DNA of 64,000 nt from Lama guanicoe (Eukaryota), in NCBI GenBank assembly GCA_013239625.1, contig MU053561.1, positions 188,826 through 252,825 on the forward strand, written 5' to 3'. The position numbers and the translations under genes are program-made. Shown piece by piece: positions 14,380-28,682 of the stretch (within the stretch, counting starts at the first letter, position 1; each line of letters starts with the position of its first letter). The notes under the pieces were generated by a model. The model was not told the DNA's origin, searched no databases, and worked only from the letters and a program-made list of their open reading frames with translations.

Positions 14380-16330
14380 GGTAAAAGGACAAGCCTACAA
14401 AGACAAGAAGGATGTCAAAGGGACAACAGCAGGATAATTTAAAAAGCTGGGCTGTATATAAATGAGTGATTACTGAATCAAGAGACCAGAGAAAGCTGAA
14501 CTGGAAGCCAGCAGAAGAGAAAGCTAAAGCAACCTGCTTTACATTTCAGAATCCTCCATGTGCTCAGCAATTGGAGGCACCGGGTACTTTTGTGAGTACT
14601 TTGTGAGTAAAGACATGGTTAAAACAGTAAGCTGAGTTGACAGTCAGTTCAAGAAGCAACAAGGTCCCTAGAACCCTTCTTCCCCTTGCTGCTGTCAGGG
14701 GACTGCCCCCTCCCCACAATGGCCAAAGAATGGAAGTTGTTTTCCTTCTGGTAGGAGAGCAAGACAGAGGGAGGACCAGGTACAGTTGCATGAAAGGACA
14801 AGATACTGAAAAAAATGAGATTTACCTAGAGACCCCCTGCCTTCTTCCCTTATATAGGTTGTACAATCCTGACATCCAGCCAGGAGATTAGGAAAGCATT
14901 CTCTAGGAGCCCGACACACTGGAGAAAAATGCCCTAAAGATCATTTGAAAACAGCAGCATCTCGGAGAGGAAAAAAGACACAAAAATTACTAATATCCTC
15001 AGAGAGATAAGAAGGGATAGTGCATACATAAATAGGAACAGAAGGCTATTTTTTAAGGAACATTTAGAGAACAAAAAAGAGATCTTAGAAATTCAAATAT
15101 GATTGCAGAAATTTTTTTTAAAAAATTCAGTGGAAGATTTGGAAAGCAGAAAATAAGGCAAAAAGATAAAGAGAAGGAAAATAGAAGATAACGAGCAAAA
15201 GTAGTTTGTTTGTGAGATGATTCCAGCAAACACCTGAAGGGCAGTGGGGAAGTGAAACAAGGAAATCAAGATATCCAGCAAGTTACTGTGGATAACTGTA
15301 ACTTGATTCTTTTGGGGATCTCTGGGAGACTAGTGTAGAAATCGTGCCTCAAAGTTTTCTCCACTCAGGGCTGAGGAAGCTGGGGTACTTATCTGCTAAT
15401 TCTCATCGGTCATCGGTTAAGGACTGCTGCTCATAGGGAGGAAGGGGTTAATTCACTAACACTTCCTGAGCAAACCTTCTGTGGCCAGAAAAGGCCCTCA
15501 GGCAAAGAGATATTGTGCTGGTAATTTAGAATGCATGGATGTGGCAGGTGCCAAGAGAATCTGTTCTCTCTTTCCTGCACTCTTTCTTAGGAAACTACTG
15601 GGGGATGTGCTCCACCAAAACGGTGGAGTGAATCAAGGAAGAGGAAGAGGCGGAATCCAAGAACTAGAGTATTCAACACCAGAGGTGAAGGGAAACCCCT
15701 GGATGTGGTGAAGAGTGATCCCAGCTGTACAACAAGCCTAGAGATCCATCAGCCCAGAGAGGAGCAGATCAGAAGGCTCAGAAAAGCTTTCTTTAAGATG
15801 AAATTTATTAAATAGCTAATTGAACACATTGAGAAGAGACTTAAACAACTGGAGGACAGTAGGGATTAAATTAGCAGTAAATGATATGCATAGGAAATCT
15901 AGGCAGTTATTAACTCCAGAGAAAACAGTATGTTTTTCAGGAAAATGATCATAATTTATTATACAACATAGATGTGAATAGTATTTATTGGGTCAAAATA
16001 ATGTAAATATTATGTATCAATCTAATAATGACATAGATATATAAGCTCAGGAAATACATATGTATATTGCATGGAAGGATTTGTAAAAGCTGAATCCCCA
16101 TTTCCTACCGTAGAAAGTCAATAGATAAAATTAGAAAGTAGCTATCTAGATATATGGTGATTCCAACAACAACAAAAGAGGATTAGTTAAAGCATTAGAC
16201 GTGTTTTCCTTTGAGGGGTGAGAAGTGGGGGAGGTGTAGCCTGGGGAGTTGCTATTTAGTAATGTAGAACTACTCAACTGTTTAAACTACGTGCACATTT
16301 AATTGTGATATAAATAAGTATAAATTAAAA
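14380..16330 (+). mobile_element. HAL1-like (half-L1) remnant interrupted by an old LTR at ~15200-15550
   Basis: ttcttaggaaactactgggggatgtgctccaccaaaacggtggagtgaatcaaggaagaggaaga resembles HAL1 as I recall it; A-rich ORF1-like text; A-rich tail at ~16320. Confidence 0.55.
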
Positions 16331-16969
16331 AATCAGTAATTTATCTTTTTTCTTCCACTGTATGAAAAAGGGAGGGGGTGAGACAGGGAATGTGCATCAT
16401 TCCTAGCTGCAAAGGAAGCCAGGAAGGGAAAGTGAAACTTGTTTCTTGAGTCCATCAGCCCAGCAGGGCCATTGTCTTTCCATCTCTTGTTGAGGCAGGG
16501 GTAAAAATTATGAGCAACTGGGAAATTAAGACTTAAACAATTTAAAAGAGCTGCTGATATCAATCTGACCTGAAATCTGGGGCTGCCCTAGAAGAGTTTT
16601 GACCCAAGGAAATGATCCAGGAAATTTCAAAGAAAAAGATCCTATCAAATTAAAAATAAAAACAGCATAATACTAAGGGGGATATTGACAGCACTAGTCA
16701 GTGGAATAAATTCTTAATGTGTCTGTATATAAATTTCTTGAAATTTTACCTTAAATGCCTACTGCCTTAAAATCCAGAGTTTAAAAATATGACAATTTTG
16801 ATTTATTATTTTATTTCATAATTTTAATTTGGAAAACCATGGAAACGCTTTCCTCAGAGTTTTGATTGACCACCTCTATGACTGAAATCACACTGTTTAG
16901 GTCTGTGGCCCTATCGAGACACCAGAGCCTACCACTTTACACTGCAGGCTAAATACCCCTGGGAACGAA

Positions 16970-18045
16970 GCCTCCTGATAGCAGACTCAGTCCTACTTTC
17001 TCTTTCTGTCTTCAATCTCTCTCCACTGGATCCTTCTCCTTAGCCTAGAAAAAACACTCAAAAATCACCCATCTAAAATAAAAATTAAACAAAGAAGAAA
17101 TTCTGCCTTTAGCTGTCACCCCAACTTTCTCTTCTTCTTCATCACTCTACTTCTAAAAAGGACAGATGCTAATTTCCTTCTCTTCCTTTACTTCCTCACC
17201 ACACGCTGCATCTTCACCTTGTGCAACCTGGCTTTCACTCTGACCATCGCACTGAACCTATTACCCCGGAGGTCTCAGGACTTCCTACCTGCTAGACCTT
17301 GATCCTGTCTGTTCTCATCCTCCTCCTCCTCTCCAATTCTTTGACTTTTAAAGCCTCTTCTTGCTGTGTCTCCATCTCTGTGTCTCAGTATCAGTCTCTC
17401 TCTCAATCCCCTCCCTTCCCGCATATTCTGCATCACTCAAACTTCCTGGTTTTCCCACCTCTCTTATTCTCTCTGACTGCCCTCTCCTCCACCCCTTTCT
17501 AAAGAATAGGTGTCCACAGACACCCACTGACTCCCTGCAAGATCTAGCCTATGTCTCCCACCACATGGGTATGGTCCCCCTTGCTCACTACACTCCGGTG
17601 ACACTCACGTTGCTTTCAGTTCCTCCAACACACCCAGCTCTTATTGCCTTAGGGCCTCTTCCCTCTACCTGGGCCACTCTTCCCCACTCCAACCCCCTCC
17701 CCTCCACCTGGCTACTTCCAAGCTTTAGGTGCTAGTCTACAGTCACCTCCTCAGAGTGCTCCTCCCCAAAAGCCTCCCCTCCACCCCCTCACGAAACTAA
17801 ATCAGTTTTCCCACTTTTCTGTCTTAGAAGTTGTTCTTTTCTTCAAGTTATTTATACAATTTATAATTCCAGGCTTTTGTTGTATCATGATTTGCTTAAA
17901 CATCTATGTTTCTCTCCAGAGTGCCTTCCATGAGGACAGGCACACACCAGTTTTGTTTACCACTATGTACTTAACATTCGACATGGTCCCTTGAAAAGTA
18001 GATACTAAATATTTGTTGAATGAATAAATGACTAAATGAATGAAG
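16970..18045 (+). mobile_element. L2 LINE remnant
   Basis: Pyrimidine-rich L2 blocks; ends aaatatttgttgaatgaataaatga. Confidence 0.7.
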
Positions 18046-18524
18046 CTTTCTACACGCCAGGCACTACAGTAAGTATTTTACGTATGTCACCTCAGTTTTA
18101 TTCTTACAACAACCCCTATTCAAACCTTATTATCAGGCAAGGAAACTGGAGCTTAGGGACACTGAGTAATAATGCCCAGGATCTTACAAAAAAGTGAGTG
18201 TCAGAACTGGAATATGAAAATATATTTCTCTGACTTTATGTAGGACTTCTTAATTCCGTCAGGAAAACTGTGAAGTGAGCAAACCACAATGATGGTCAGT
18301 GTCTTGGTTGCTCTCCTGCACCCTCTGTGTGCTCTCCTCTTTTCCTGCCTCTCCTTTCTGTTCCTCCCCATCACAGTGCCACACTCAGGTCCTCACTCCC
18401 GCCCACACACGCCCTCTGCCTAGTCTAGTCCTTTCCCTGACAAAAAGGTACCTGTCCCGGAAAATGTTCTCAATAGGATGGTAAGTGAAGAAAATAAAGT
18501 AAGATAAACTATTGTATAAATAGC

Positions 18525-18989
18525 TGCTGTGGGTTGAATTGTGTCCACCCTCAATGCATATATTGAAGTCCTAACCCCCAGGACCTCAGAATGTGACCTT
18601 ATTTACAAATAGGGTCACCGTAAATGCAATTAATTATTCAAGTTAGAGTGAGGTCGTATTGGAGTAGGGTGGGTCTCTACTCCAATGTGACTGTGGTTCT
18701 TATAAGAAGAACGCCATGTGGCGGGACAGACATGCACACAGCGAGAACACCATGTGAAGAGGAAAGCAGAGACTGGCAGCAGGAGCCAAGGAAAGACAAA
18801 GACGCAGAAAACCACCAGAAGCTCGGGGAGAGGCCTGGAACAGATTCTCTCTCATGACTCCAGAAGGAACCAACCCTACCAACACCATGATCTTAGATTT
18901 CTAGCCTCCAGAACCGTGACACAATACATTTCTGTTTAAGCAACTCAAGTTGTGGTACTTTGTTGTGGCAGCCCTAGCAAACTAATAGA
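18525..18989 (+). mobile_element. MaLR solo LTR (MLT1B/C-like)
   Basis: Starts tgctgtgggttgaattgtgtcc, contains cctcagaatgtgaccttattt, ends gcagccctagcaaactaata. Confidence 0.9.
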
Positions 18990-21900
18990 AATGGTATAAT
19001 CCCAGTTTTGTTCAAGGAAACAAACTCATATACGTTAGGGATTATCTCTCTCTCTCCCCCCCCCCACCAACACACACACCTCTGCACACACACACACAAA
19101 TAAAAGAAAATATATACAAAAGTTTACAGTGGTTTTTTGGGAGGGTGAATGATGAGTAATTTTGCTTTGTACTTTTCTCTGCATGTTTGGGTATTTTCTC
19201 AATTCTCTTACATCTCTGCAATATTATGTGTCATTATACAGATGAATCCTTGGGCTTCAGTTGCTTCATCAGTAATTTGAGAACAGCCATACAGATTTCT
19301 TCCAGGATTGTTATAAGAAGGTCATCTGGTGTCTTTGACTAGGGAGACCAGCTCCAAAGAAGCCGGGCGTAACAGCCAGGGATTCTTCTGTTCATCATTA
19401 GAGGAGTCCTCAGTTCTTAAAAGGGGGCTGCACCATGGCTGCCAAGCAGGGCACGTGGGTGCTGCTAAGCACTGGTCTCATGTGTGACAAGGGTGGGTGT
19501 GGGGAGTGAGATGGCCTAAGGGAGCGGGCTGGACGCCTTGGGCTTGGGAGGCCAGCAAAGAAAAGCAAGAACGGTTGAAAGGTTGATTGGAGGAAGGTTG
19601 ACTAAATGAGGATAACAACCCAGTTAGGGTAACATTTCTTGCTTTGGGGTGCGGGTCTCATGGGGTGACTGAAAAGGAAAGAGGGACCAAGATAAAATAG
19701 AAACACAGCCAGGAAGCCAAACAATTTCCTCTGATAGAAAGAATGCCCTGCCTCCTCATTTCTTCTCTGAAAACACTCTGGGAATGACGAAGGCAGCGGG
19801 ACTCACTTACAACTTCCCACAGCCCATGGGAAGATGTTCTTTCCCAAGGAGGGTTGCTCCCCAAAGGTCCTCTTTCTGTCTGTATCTGTGATAAGATGTT
19901 CTTTCTGGAGACTATTTAGGTAGATGCTACTAAAACATTCAGCCTTGTCTCTGATTCATCTGAGCAGGGAGGGTTAATTGTCTTGAATCTTGAATTTAGC
20001 TGTTTACGGCTTCAAATTAATCCTTGGTCTGCAAAAATTTGGCGTTCTTTCGTTTCTTTGTACTCAGCTGTGTCTTTCCTAACCCCAGTCTAAATCCCAG
20101 CAACTCAGGGAAGAATTGCGTCCCAACAAATAATATTCACAATCCACGCCTTTATGGGAGGTCACTGATGGCTTTTGCCCACTCTTCTTGTCAAAACCTA
20201 CACATCCCCTTTCATTTTATACCTGCAAGATTATGTATACATGGGAAAACATGCATAACATAATATTAAACAGTGTAAAGAAGACAACACAAAAATTGCA
20301 TGTAAATTATGATTCTGGTAATGTAAAAATAAATGAAAATGTACACACACATACAAGGAAATAAGACTAGAAGAAAACAAATCAAATAATTAATAATAGT
20401 TATGTGAGCGTACTAGGATTGTGGATTTTTTTCGTATTCTTTATTTACCTAAAATTTTTAATGTAGTGGAAAAATTCTTTTATAATTAAGAAACAGACTT
20501 ATTAAGATAAGGCAAGGGGCAGAATGAATAACAGAGCTTGGTAAAACAAAAATAAAACAGGAAAGCTAGTTTGTAGATAAGGTTTTCTGGAAGTAAGTAT
20601 GCATAGCTCTCGGCTCAGTGTGTGTGAACTGAGGGAGAAATGTGATCACAGAACTCTTATGGAAGACATTTAACCACAGGTCACCCTGCCTACTTTGAGA
20701 ATGACCGAAAAGAAGAAGAACACAAGACTTCAGACCTGCTGGGCATCTGAGAAGAGCTGGGGAGCAAGGCATCCAGGCACATTAGAGCTCTAGGAGCTAC
20801 AGAGAGTCTGTGAAGAAGTCACTAATTTTGAGGGTTTCCGGGAAGTGCTTCAAGCATGACATGGTGAGGCCCTGATTCTGTTTATTTTTAGAAGTCCTGT
20901 TGAGAGGAGTATCTTTCACCTCTTACTAAATTAACTACGCTCCTTGGAACCATGGACATCTTTCTGCTGTAGCAGCAGTAGGATCAAAGCACGTGTTTAG
21001 AAAGAGAAGTGAAAAACACCAGATGTGAGCAAAACCACAAGGGGAATTTCAGACAGGCAGCATGCACCGGATTACCCAATTTGGAATGTGGTCCAGGCCC
21101 CGGGACAGGCAGACCCTCTGAGGACCAGGCTGGAGGGACAGAGGTTATTGATCCTGATTTAAGCCAAATGCCACTAACTTGATCCATGACCTTGCTCCAG
21201 CCCTGACCTCCTTCAAACTACTTTCACCATCCATAAACTGGAAGGACTGGCTCATTTCCTCTCAGGAATAGCTAATGGAAACCATGCTAGAAACTAGAGG
21301 TAAGAATGAGGCATGATTTTGTGATCTTGAAGACTGGTGACAAATTGTATTTGAATATGTAAGTACCACAACATACACATGCTCACAGCATGTATGGGAA
21401 GGATGTGTATAAAAACTATGGGATTAAAGATTGTGCCCCATCAGTTCACGAAGTAAATAATCTACACGTTGACAAGTGCAGGAGGTGTGACAGGATTTTT
21501 TTCCCTCCCACCCATAGCTCTTTAGGTCCCCTGGGGTCACCCCAGATCTAGACTAAAGCACACTACCTAGTACATAGTGCTGAATAAATGTTAGATTAAG
21601 ATGCAGCTTAAGCTTCAAATTCCAGCTTTCCTTATCACTTAGTTGTATGTAGCCTTGGGTAAGTTACTCCATAGTTTTGTACTTTGGTTTCCCCATCTGT
21701 AAAATGGGGATAAAATGAGTATCTCCCAGACTTGTGAAGATTAAATAGAGTAGCACATCTAAAGAGCTTAGAGGAGTGCTGGGTGGGTGTTAGTTATTAT
21801 CTTCCCAAACCATCAATGTGGACTTGAAAGCTCTCTGCATTGTCTTTATTTTGTTTCAGTTTTGTCATCAAGATGTTTCCCACATTCTTGCTTCATTCAA

Positions 21901-24900
21901 GAATATTTCCTGTCTTATTTATTCATTTGTGTAGGGCATTGCTCCCTCCAGACTTTAAAACAGTGTCACTCACCCTCCATCAAAGCCACTACATTATTCC
22001 TAATCATGCCAACTTTGAGTCAGTCCCTAAAGTGACTCCACAACCAGAAATCTATGAAGCGCAGCCCACCCACCTTGACTTCTTATATAACAGGATGCCC
22101 TCTTAACTAGAGAAAGTGTCCCACCAAAGATTAAAAAGTATATTTTTCTCCTCTTTAGTAGAAGTTGTCGGTCACAGTGTAGAACAGGGAATCACCTTGG
22201 AATTACTAAGCACTGCCCTCTTTAGAAGGTTAGGGCAAGGCAAGGAGTCATGGATATAGTGAACCCTCCTCCCAACCCTGTGGTGAGAAGTTGTCATTGG
22301 AGAAGAAGAGGGATGTGTACTGGGTCCAGGAGGGCAGACACTGGAAATTTATCCTAGGATCATGTACCCAAAAAGTGGCTGTGTATGAGACCAGGAAAAA
22401 AGAAAAAGCAGCCTGATTGGTGAGAGTTATGATATTATGGGGGCAAAACTGAATGGGACATTGAGGAATCACCTTCCCTAAAGTACCAATGTGAATGGGC
22501 CCTACTTTGGTACCCATGGAACAGCAGAAAGAGGACTCAGCCACCCCAGCCTTCTCTGGACAAGTTTTGTTGCAGTTTCACCAGCACTAGCATCACTCCT
22601 TTCCATGAGCACCTTTGTCTTCTGCCACTGCCAAGTCTGACTACGTGATCACTGTTGTACGCACCATTCCCACCTTCAAATTACTTAGCCTTTTTTCATC
22701 CCTCCACCATGTCATCTTCCAGGATGTTTCTACTGCACTATCATAGCAGTCCCTAGAGATGATTAACTGTATAGAAACATTTGAGCCCCTGTTATAATAA
22801 GGCAAAATCCTAGGGAACACAAAGATGAGTAAAATATGGTCACTACTCTCAAGAAGCGACTATCACATGATCTAGGTAGATTTAAATTGCTGACTGATAT
22901 TTCACCCAGTGACGGCCTGAGTTCCCTAATTATATTCCCTATTGTTCAGTTCATTTATTTAACACACATTTATTGAACATCTACTGTGTGCTAGCCACCA
23001 GACTAGCCTTGGGTGCCACATCAAATAAACATCACTCTTAAACTTCAGAGAGCGTAATTACAATGTGAAGAAACTAGGTTTGATGGTGTGCCTAATGACT
23101 GCAAAAGGAAGCGGTAACAGTATACCTGTCTCTCCTCCCACAGAGTGAAGTGCGCAGCATGACACTTCCCTCTTCCAGCCATTGTTCAGTGAAGTTACCA
23201 TTGAGACATGTAAAGCTCTTATTTGAGTCCAACCTCAGAGACATCTGAGAACAGGAGGGAGAAGAACAAATCTCTTTACAGTGGTGAGTAGCTGGTACCT
23301 CTGTGTCCTGTGCTCCTCACCGATATTCACATCCTCCCCTTCTCAGGAATCAAGTACCCTTCCTATTACTCCCTGATTCTATATGAGTTACAATCCTCTA
23401 AATACACAAATGTGAAATATCTTTGGTTTCTTAATGAACAGCTTTAAATAATTGAAGGTAAAGTCAATTATATAAATATTAAGCTTCCAAGGGAGGGAAG
23501 GGTTTCCAAGGAAATGTTTCCCTTACTCAAAGAAGCATTAAAAGATGAAGGTAAGTATCAAATTTCCATTGATGGCAATAAAACTACTTCTTGTAATTAA
23601 TATTGTGTTCGCTGACCACATAAGGGATGTAGTAAATCTCCTCAGGTCCTCTGCCCACTCAGAATAAGACCCCAAGGCAGGTAGGAATGGCTCACAGTGA
23701 CAAACTCAGACAACTATTGATTAACTGTGCTCACAGAACAGCGTAATATTAGAATGGGAGGAAGCATCACACATTGTATCGGGTTACCAGTGCAGCGTAA
23801 AATTTGGAATCAGATGGTCCTAGGTTCAAATTTCAGCTCAGGTTCCTCTTTGCCACCTGGGTCTGGGGCAATTTACTTAGCTTCTCTTCCCCTTTATTTC
23901 CTCATTTGCATAATGCAGATCAAAGTTTTTATTGAGCATGGATTTTTAAAAATAAAGTGACATAATGGAAGGCACTTGGCAAAGAACAGGCATTCCGTAA
24001 ACGCTCCTTTGTTCTTTTTATTTTACAGATGAGGAACCAAAGCCTAAAGAACTGATCTAACTTGCATGAGGGCTCATGATTAACCAATGTCATCCCTGGA
24101 CGAAAGCCCCTGGCTTCCTGACTCCTAGTGCAGCTGAATTTCTGTCGCTTCCAGTATGGGAGCTGAGCAAAGATAACTGAAAACGCATTGACCTCCGGTT
24201 TTCTAAAGCCTGAGGGGGATGAAGAGAGGAGGAGGCTGATGTGGGGTGAAAGGTGTAAAAAGCAGATTTACTCTCTCGGTTTTGCATTACTTTCCTGAGT
24301 TTAGGTTGCTTGAGCTCACACCCACTAATGGTGGAGGGAAGTGGTAGAGCGTAGCCAACACAGAACTCAAGATTACATTACATCAGTCCACAAAGTAAAT
24401 AATCTACATGTTCACAGTTGAAAGGGGTGTGACGAATGTCTTTTTTTCCTCTCACACATAGTTCTTTAGGTCTCTTCAGGCCACCCCAGACCTGGACTAA
24501 TTTTCCAGAAGGTCCTACATCAACCTTTTCTGCAGAGTTCTGAGCTTTCCAGCGTGTATTTGGCAGAGAAGGGCAAACTAAAAAGATGTTATGCATAAAA
24601 AAAATCCCTTGTGACCTGAAAAGTATTTCAGTGTGGGGTTGGTGCTCCACGTGGTTGAGTTGAACAAGCCCTGGGCCAGAGGTGGGATGCTTGACTGCTT
24701 CCCCCTGGCCCTGCCACTAACTAGCTGGGGGGCCTCAGAAGAGGAAGTTAACTTCTCTGGGCATCTGTATTGCAACCTATAAAATGGCATCAGAAACACT
24801 CACTACATTTTATTTTCCTTTATCCTCACAAGAACTCCCTGAGATAGAAGGTACTCTTCCCCTAGTACAGGCAAAGAAATAGAGACTTAGAGAATCATGA

Positions 24901-27049
24901 TTTGCCCAGTATCATGCAGCACTTAGTAAGTGGCAGAATCTGACAGAAGCTGGACTTGAACCCAGAATGTGCTCTTAACCTCCAAGATAGGCTGCCTGTA
25001 TTTTGAGGGAAGAAATGGATATTAAAGTTTCAAAGCACTTTAAAGGAGTTTAAAGAAATGTTTATTATGATCATTCACGGGGGTATAATTTCCTAGGAGG
25101 TGCCTACACTCAAGTCATTTTCAGCTCATTGACTTTCTTATTCATTGCCTTTCATCTGGATCTGTGAGTATCAAACCACAGTTATCCTCTTTCACCTCAT
25201 TTGTTTTTGGTGTCAGTTCTCCTCCCACACTGGCTTCTTTCGGGGGGGAGCCAGCACTACTTCTTGCCAAGTTGGGGAGTGTAACTGTAGGAAGCCACGC
25301 ACACACACATCAACACAGGCACACAGACAGACACATATATCCATCCATATTTCTTTGTTATACCCACCCATAGTTTCAGAAATGACAATTTAAGAATTTG
25401 TCATTATTATGACAGTGCATATATCATGTGTGAATAATTTCCCAGGATTGGGCTTTGGAGTGAAAAAATGCTGTGATAAAGTGATAGAAAGTGGAGGGAC
25501 ATACCCTAAGGAGAATACCAGGAAACTTAGACCCTTCTGGTTTCAGCTTCAACCTTGAATTCTACTATAAGCTTATGAATTTCTCCCAGCTCACTCAGCC
25601 TTCTGAAAGATCCTCACCGTTGATGAGTGATAAGTTTGACACAACCTCAGTGTCTCTTCATGAACTGATTCGGAGTTTTCACACTGCTGTCTGCAGATGT
25701 GTTCTGGGCAGTGGTGGTCATCAGACTGTAAACTTCAGTGGTTCAGGGTCACATCTGTGGAATTCTCCCTTCAGTGGTTTGGCACTGCATGCAATTAGCT
25801 CTTTCATAATGTCAACACTTCTTCGGTCTTGCTACCGCTTTTTGTTTGGTTTGCTTGGGAGGCAGACTCTAAAGATTTGGCTCCTCATTTAATTATGTAT
25901 AGCCTAGAATTGTTGTGGCGTTTAACAAATGAATTTATTCATTACACATGCACTTGTGAACAACGTGGGGATATTATGTCATTTTTGCATTAACACCTCA
26001 TCATTACAAAGCACGTCCAAGATTGGTGTCACATTCAGACTTCCCTTTGAGAACGGTAGAAAGGGATAAAAATACTACCTACTTCATGAGGATTAAATTT
26101 GTGAGGATCAAATGCAATTAACTACAAAAAGTACTTAGCACTGGGGGCTGGCACAGAGCAAACATTACTAAATATTAACAATTAGCACATTACTAGCCCA
26201 TACTACTGAAGAACCACAGCTCAGAGAAGCTAAGTCACTTGTTCAGGATGTACAGTTAAGTGGTGGAATTCAGTATGGAATCTAAGTCTCCAGACTCCAA
26301 GCCCATTTTAGGAAATTCTCAGTCAAGATTGCAGTTATAGAGGAAAAAAAGCAGAGCCTCAAAGGAAGAGCGTACATGACAGCTTTACGGTGGGGGAGTA
26401 AAGTGTTTAAGGATGAAGCTGTGCTCAAGGGGGAGGACCCAGGCCAGGCACCACGAGCAGCTGTGCTAGTCTTTTTTGGTTCTGCAAACCCTGTCTTCCC
26501 TCAGCCCCTTCACGTATATCGTCCTCCTTCCCTCCTGTCTTCCCTTCTTTTCCCAACCCTTCACCTGAATAATCCGGCTGCTGCCAGGCCCAACAAAAAC
26601 AGCTCTTGATAGAGGCTGTCCTGAGCCAGGTCTGGGTTTGCCCCTCCCGACACAGGCACCCACAGCACCCTGAACGCCGTCTTGTGAGAATAACTGTCCG
26701 GTATCCACCTTCCTAGCTGGCACGTAAGAAACGAGAAGCCATCAACCTTCTCTTGCTTGCTGGCTGATGGATCCCCAGCACCTTTATGGTGTCTGGCACA
26801 TTTGTTAAATGCAGAGCGGATGGAGAGGAAGAAGATTGAGAAAAAAAAGTGAGAAGACACCAAAACAAACCCAAAGCATTTTACCATTTTGTCACAGAAT
26901 CACTGAGTGGTGCTTTTGGGAGGAGTGAGGAAACAACTGAAAGGAACTGAAAGAAAGACTCCAACACACAAGAAAGGCAAGGACAAGCAAATCACAGTAA
27001 AGAGTCACAGGCACAGGGGCTCATCATGAAGGGCCCATCCTGGGCCAAG

Positions 27050-27860
27050 ACTTCTGCAGACAAATGAAAACGTTGGCGGCCTTTTGCTAGAAAGAGGTGG
27101 GAAACGTGCCTGCTACAGACGACTAACTACAGAATACAGAGGGGAGGCGGGAGGAAAGGAGTTTCCACCAGGGGATATATTTCGGACTCTGCCCTGTTGA
27201 CAGCAACGGGTGGCGGTGGTGGGACTTTTGGCAGGAAGTGTCCACCTCTGGGGGAGTCAGGATTGTGCCAGGAGGTAAAGCAACCTTGGACCCCCAGAGC
27301 CCCGGCTTTTCCTCCACATTCTCGGGGTGGAGCCTGCACGATCTCTCATGTCTCCTCCTAGGTTAGGGCAATGGAGGGGGACACGAGGCCGGGACGTCAG
27401 CAGAGGCCATCTCGTTTATGTTCCCACCCTCGGCCCTGGGAAGCCCCGAGTTCCCACACTCACTGAGGCAGGAAGGTCGCCACGGACACCTCATCTGTCC
27501 GGGTGGCTGACTAACTACAGATAAGCAGCAGCTGCTGCATCCCTGTTGGGGTCACCTCCCAGATTGCCCACCCTGGAACCAGGCGGTGCAGGCCCAACCT
27601 CTGCCGGCCTGGCCGGCACCCACGGGGCCTTCAGGGCCGGCTGCTGCAGCCGAGGCCCCGTGACGGCGCTGGGGCCCCCCAGAACTTGCTTTCACGGAGC
27701 TGCTGGATACGACCAAGAAAAGGAGAGGTCTTAGACATGCCTACCCCACAGCACGAAGCCAGCCTGACAGCTGTCGGGTACTTGATAGTTTTACAGCACT
27801 CCGCTGCAGACTTTTTCTCACATCACTCTGACCACCATCCGTGAACAGCGCAGAGCAGGT
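27050..27860. promoter_or_regulatory. GC/CpG-enriched segment, possible weak or decaying CpG island
   Basis: About 14 CpGs counted by eye in 27541-27810 against a CpG-poor background; GC-box-like ggggaggcgggagg and ETS-like caggaagtg. Confidence 0.4.
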
Positions 27861-28682
27861 GTTTTTGTGTCCATTTTGCAGATGAGTAAACAGCCTCAGG
27901 ATGTTTGAGAGACCTGCCTAAGTTCTCACAGCCAGTCAGTGGTGAAGGCCGTTTTTCCACTGCCTCATGGGTGGGTCTTTTCATCACTATGTGCAAACAC
28001 AACAAACCGAGTGGACAAGTTCCAATTTGTATCCCTGAAAGAGAACTCTTCCTTCCAAGTCTAACCCATCTTCCAACAAAGCCTTTGGGTGTAGTGAGAA
28101 GCACTTCAGTCTTGGAGTTTCAGTCGTGATTCCTCTCCTTGCTAACCATGTAACTTAGCAGCCGAGTGCTTTTGGACTTACTTTCCCTGAATATTGGCTT
28201 CTGCATGTATAAAATGGAGATGATGTTGCTTAAATTGTGGGGTTGTTGTAAGGGTTAAGAATAACAGTAAACATCTGTTGACTATTTTCCATACCCTAGG
28301 CCTAGTTCTAAGCACCTCTGATGCACTGACTCATTGAATTCTCACAACAACCCTAGTTCATGTATGCTGTGTTATTTCACTCCACATATGAGGACACGAT
28401 TGTAGAGAGGTAAAGAAACTTACCTCAGGTCGCACAGCAAATAAGTAGCAGAGCCAGGATTCTCACCCAGGTTGTCTGACACCAAAGCCAAGTGCTTAAT
28501 CTCCATGTTATACTGACTCTGCAAGTTGTGTTTATTGTCTACAATAGGTACTCAATCAATAGCTGCTACTAGGAGTTGGGGCAGGCTTGGCCTGATTTCT
28601 AAGCAAAATGAAGAGCTAAACACCTAAACTAATTAAATCAACCAAAGGCTTGCCCCCTCGGAAGTGTCTTCAGTTTAGCATG

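Noticed and set aside
16428..16439. ISRE-like gaaagtgaaact
   Set aside because: Single short motif inside what looks like an old LTR remnant; no supporting context.
24380..24560. Minus-strand frame LQKRLM*DLLEN*SR resembling a Cys-loop receptor N-terminal helix
   Set aside because: Too short, several stops, and no further supporting exons found.
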